This document shows positions 61,956 through 64,000 of a DNA stretch of 64,000 nt, piece after piece. A model generated the notes under the pieces. The model was not told where the DNA came from. It worked only from the letters and a program-made list of their open reading frames with translations, and searched no databases. The first letter of the stretch is position 1. Every line of letters begins with the position of its first letter. The position numbers were made by a program, and so were the translations under genes. The DNA comes from Gammaproteobacteria bacterium (GTDB lineage: Bacteria > Pseudomonadota > Gammaproteobacteria > Steroidobacterales > Steroidobacteraceae), in assembly GCA_052389755.1 (NCBI GenBank), contig JBQTHP010000099.1, positions 3,562-67,561 on the forward strand, given 5' to 3'.

Positions 61956-63734
61956 TTGAGAACCATCACGGACTGCGAAGCTCAATTGACGATTTTTGCA
62001 GGCATTCTCGCGCGCGGCAAATCGGCCGGCGTACTTCCCGAGCACGCGATCGAGGAGTTGGGCGCAAAGCTCAGTCGCCACGGGCCTGATGCACCGCGCA
62101 TCGTGCGGACTCCACGGTTCGCGCTCGCGACGATCGACCTGAACGTCCTTGACGGCCCGAGCCTCGAGGTCGATCCGACGGGAGCCATGACAGTCCTCGC
62201 GGGCGACCCGATTCTCCGCAATACGGGAGGAGGTCGGACACGGGGAGGCGACCTGCATCGCCTGCATGAAGACTGCAGAGCGCACCGCACGTCGTGTCTT
62301 CGGGACGCGCGTGGTGCCTTTTGCGCGGCGCATATCGATCCCGCGGCTGGACGCGTCTGGCTGATCACGGACAAGCTCGGGCTGCGACCCATCTACTACT
62401 CCGTGCAGCCGCAATACGTCGTCTTCGCTACTGCGTTTCGGATCCTCTCGCAGAGCACGCTGGTGGATCGACGGGGCGATCTGCAGGCGTTGGCCGAAAC
62501 GGCTTGTCTGGGCTATCCACTGGGGCCGCGCTCCCAGCTCGCGCAGGTACGCAGCGTCGAGCCCGGTCAGGTCGTCGAGATCCTTCCGGAGACGATGAGC
62601 ACCGATGCGTATTGGCGGTGGGACGACGTGGAGCCATCGGAGGCGACCGACGAAGAGTTCTGTCGCCGACTGTTCGCGGTGTTTCGCGATGCGATTTCGA
62701 TCCGGCTCGGCGCGCGCAAGCACGCGGCAGCGCTCCTGTCGGGCGGCCTGGATTCCCGCTGCGTGGCCGCCGGGCTGCGGTCGCTCGACGCGCACGTCGA
62801 CACGATAGGCTTCGGTCCCGAAGGTACTGCGGACCAGATATTTGGCCGTCAGGCGGCCGCGGCAATGCGGACGAGGCATTTCGAGCTGACGCACGGCGTA
62901 CCGGATTTCTGGCCGCGGCTCGCGAGCGCGTTCTCGGCATGGCGGCAGCAGGCGCAAGCCGAGGCATGCGGACGATCCGGGGGCCATCTCTGGAGCGGAG
63001 AGGGTGGTGATCGCGTTCTGGCGCCGGTAAATCTGTCCGCCCGCGTGGTGTCCGCGATGCGAAACGGTGCTGTCGAGGCGGCCATCGGCACTTACATGCG
63101 TGACGAACGTGCCGGGCTGCCGCCACGGCTCTTTCAGCCTCGGCTGCGCGATCACATGCTCGCTCTGCCGAGGAGCGGCATCAGGTCGGAACTGGAACGG
63201 CGCACCAGCCACGATCCGGCGCGACGCTTTCATGTCTACGTCCTCACAAACGAATCGCGCCGTAACATCGCCCGACACTTCGAGGACCTCGATCTCAACC
63301 GGTTCGAGCTCGTCATGCCGTTCTACGATTCCGATGTCGTGCAGATCGCGCTCTCACATCGATTCGACCCCTTCATCGCACACCGCCTCTACTATCGCTG
63401 GCTCGCCGAGTTTCCCCCCGAGGTCGCATCAGTTCCGTGGCAGGCGTATCCGTCGTCCGCGCCATGCCCGCTGCCGGTCCCCGACGGAATCCGCATGCAA
63501 TGGGATCGCTGGTATTCGCACCGTGAGCTCCAAACGCGCTGGCAATACCAGGAGTCGCTCGCGGACAACGTCCTGAACGATCGAAAGTTCCCCGATTGGC
63601 TGTTGAATCGGACGCTGCTGCGCTGCGCCAGGGTGCTGCATCGGATGGGGCTTCGCAGCTACGGTTACCTGTTTGAGGTCGCGTCGCCGTTCCTCCAGTA
63701 TCCGCCGGCGTTGCCGAGGGCGTTTGGAGGCTGA
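61956..63734 (+). CDS. asparagine synthase-related protein lacking the Cys nucleophile, paralog 4
   Basis: LLSGGLDSRCVAAG PP-loop. The N-terminal region aligns by eye as (L)TIFAGIL where MCGIAGI is expected. Start uncertain: TTG at 61956 or TTG at 61986. Confidence 0.7.
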   Translation: MRTITDCEAQLTIFAGILARGKSAGVLPEHAIEELGAKLSRHGPDAPRIVRTPRFALATIDLNVLDGPSLEVDPTGAMTVLAGDPILRNTGGGRTRGGDLHRLHEDCRAHRTSCLRDARGAFCAAHIDPAAGRVWLITDKLGLRPIYYSVQPQYVVFATAFRILSQSTLVDRRGDLQALAETACLGYPLGPRSQLAQVRSVEPGQVVEILPETMSTDAYWRWDDVEPSEATDEEFCRRLFAVFRDAISIRLGARKHAAALLSGGLDSRCVAAGLRSLDAHVDTIGFGPEGTADQIFGRQAAAAMRTRHFELTHGVPDFWPRLASAFSAWRQQAQAEACGRSGGHLWSGEGGDRVLAPVNLSARVVSAMRNGAVEAAIGTYMRDERAGLPPRLFQPRLRDHMLALPRSGIRSELERRTSHDPARRFHVYVLTNESRRNIARHFEDLDLNRFELVMPFYDSDVVQIALSHRFDPFIAHRLYYRWLAEFPPEVASVPWQAYPSSAPCPLPVPDGIRMQWDRWYSHRELQTRWQYQESLADNVLNDRKFPDWLLNRTLLRCARVLHRMGLRSYGYLFEVASPFLQYPPALPRAFGG

Positions 63735-63737
63735 CGG

Positions 63738-64000
63738 ATGATCGTCCTCGATAGGCCGATCGGCGTTCTGCATGAGCCGCTGACCGGGCGACGGCTCACG
63801 TCGGCGGAGTGCGGCCGGCGCATGCGCGAGCGCGCCGCGCTCTTTCAGCGGGCGGGCATGGCGGCGCAGGATCGCGTATTCATCCACTACGGCAATCGCG
63901 CGGAGTTCTTCATCGATGTCGTCGCGGTGTGGCTGCTCGGCGGATGCGTCGTGCCGCTGGATCCACGCTTCAGCGCGTTTGAGGTCGAATCTCTGGCCAA
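63738..64000 (+). CDS. AMP-dependent synthetase/ligase, N-terminal fragment (runs off the right edge)
   Basis: GGAGG (63727-63731) precedes the ATG at 63738. MIVLDRPIGVLHEP...FIHYGNRAEFFIDVVAVWLLGGCVVPLDPRFSAFEVESLA matches the substrate-side N-terminal region of adenylating enzymes. Confidence 0.6.
   Translation, partial: MIVLDRPIGVLHEPLTGRRLTSAECGRRMRERAALFQRAGMAAQDRVFIHYGNRAEFFIDVVAVWLLGGCVVPLDPRFSAFEVESLA

Noticed and set aside
61863-63278. 471-aa minus-strand ORF
   Set aside because: Antisense to the AsnB-like paralog 4, which carries the SGGLDS PP-loop.
1-64000. Search by eye for CRISPR arrays, IS elements/transposases, integrases, phage genes and rRNA
   Set aside because: No regularly spaced direct repeats, no DDE/tyrosine-recombinase-like ORFs and no rRNA-like segments were seen. 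The absence is by inspection only and should be confirmed computationally.

Overview
High-GC proteobacterial chromosomal segment. It is almost entirely one large exopolysaccharide/protein-sorting locus of the exosortase A (XrtA) / PEP-CTERM type. All family names below come from reading motifs and from memory of TIGRFAM/Pfam definitions; nothing was searched.

Left part (0-15 kb): an XrtA-locus polysaccharide deacetylase, two PEP-CTERM cargo genes each behind a sigma-54 type -24/-12 promoter, and wecB. The regulator genes prsT, prsK and prsR are here too, but tRNA-Val, gltX and an Ig/FN3 lipoprotein gene sit between prsT and prsK.

Centre (15.7-37.6 kb): export, chain-length, tyrosine-kinase and OM-barrel genes, a FemAB-like gene, two Cys-type asparagine synthases and an XrtA-EpsI fusion. 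It also holds several glycosyltransferases, a second deacetylase, a Cys-less AsnB paralog, and ACP + hydrolase 2 + hydrolase 1.

A block of about 9.5 kb (37.7-47.2 kb) separates those genes from their usual partners, the PLP decarboxylase and acyl-CoA ligase at 47.1-49.9 kb. This block carries a very good c-di-GMP-I (GEMM-I) riboswitch at 39530-39621. The riboswitch leads two Tat-signal secreted paralogs of unknown function. The block also holds a GT2-GtrA fusion, an unknown membrane protein and the exosortase-associated O-antigen-ligase-like gene.

Right part (50-64 kb): an O-antigen-like sub-cluster. It has a CDP-glucose pathway (rfbF, rfbG, a 3,5-epimerase-like gene), acyltransferase, PIG-L deacetylase, flippase, GT2 and a sterol-desaturase-family gene. 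It also has two oxidoreductases, an internally duplicated Cys-containing unknown protein, a fourth AsnB-like gene and a partial AMP-ligase.

No transposase, integrase, CRISPR array or rRNA was seen.

The most interesting signals are:
- the riboswitch-controlled secreted pair inside the XrtA locus;
- a set of sigma-54 promoter-like elements, one tandemly duplicated;
- a PEP-CTERM gene whose 3' end overlaps wecB by 140 nt;
- a perfect CRP/Clp-type TGTGA-N6-TCACA site.
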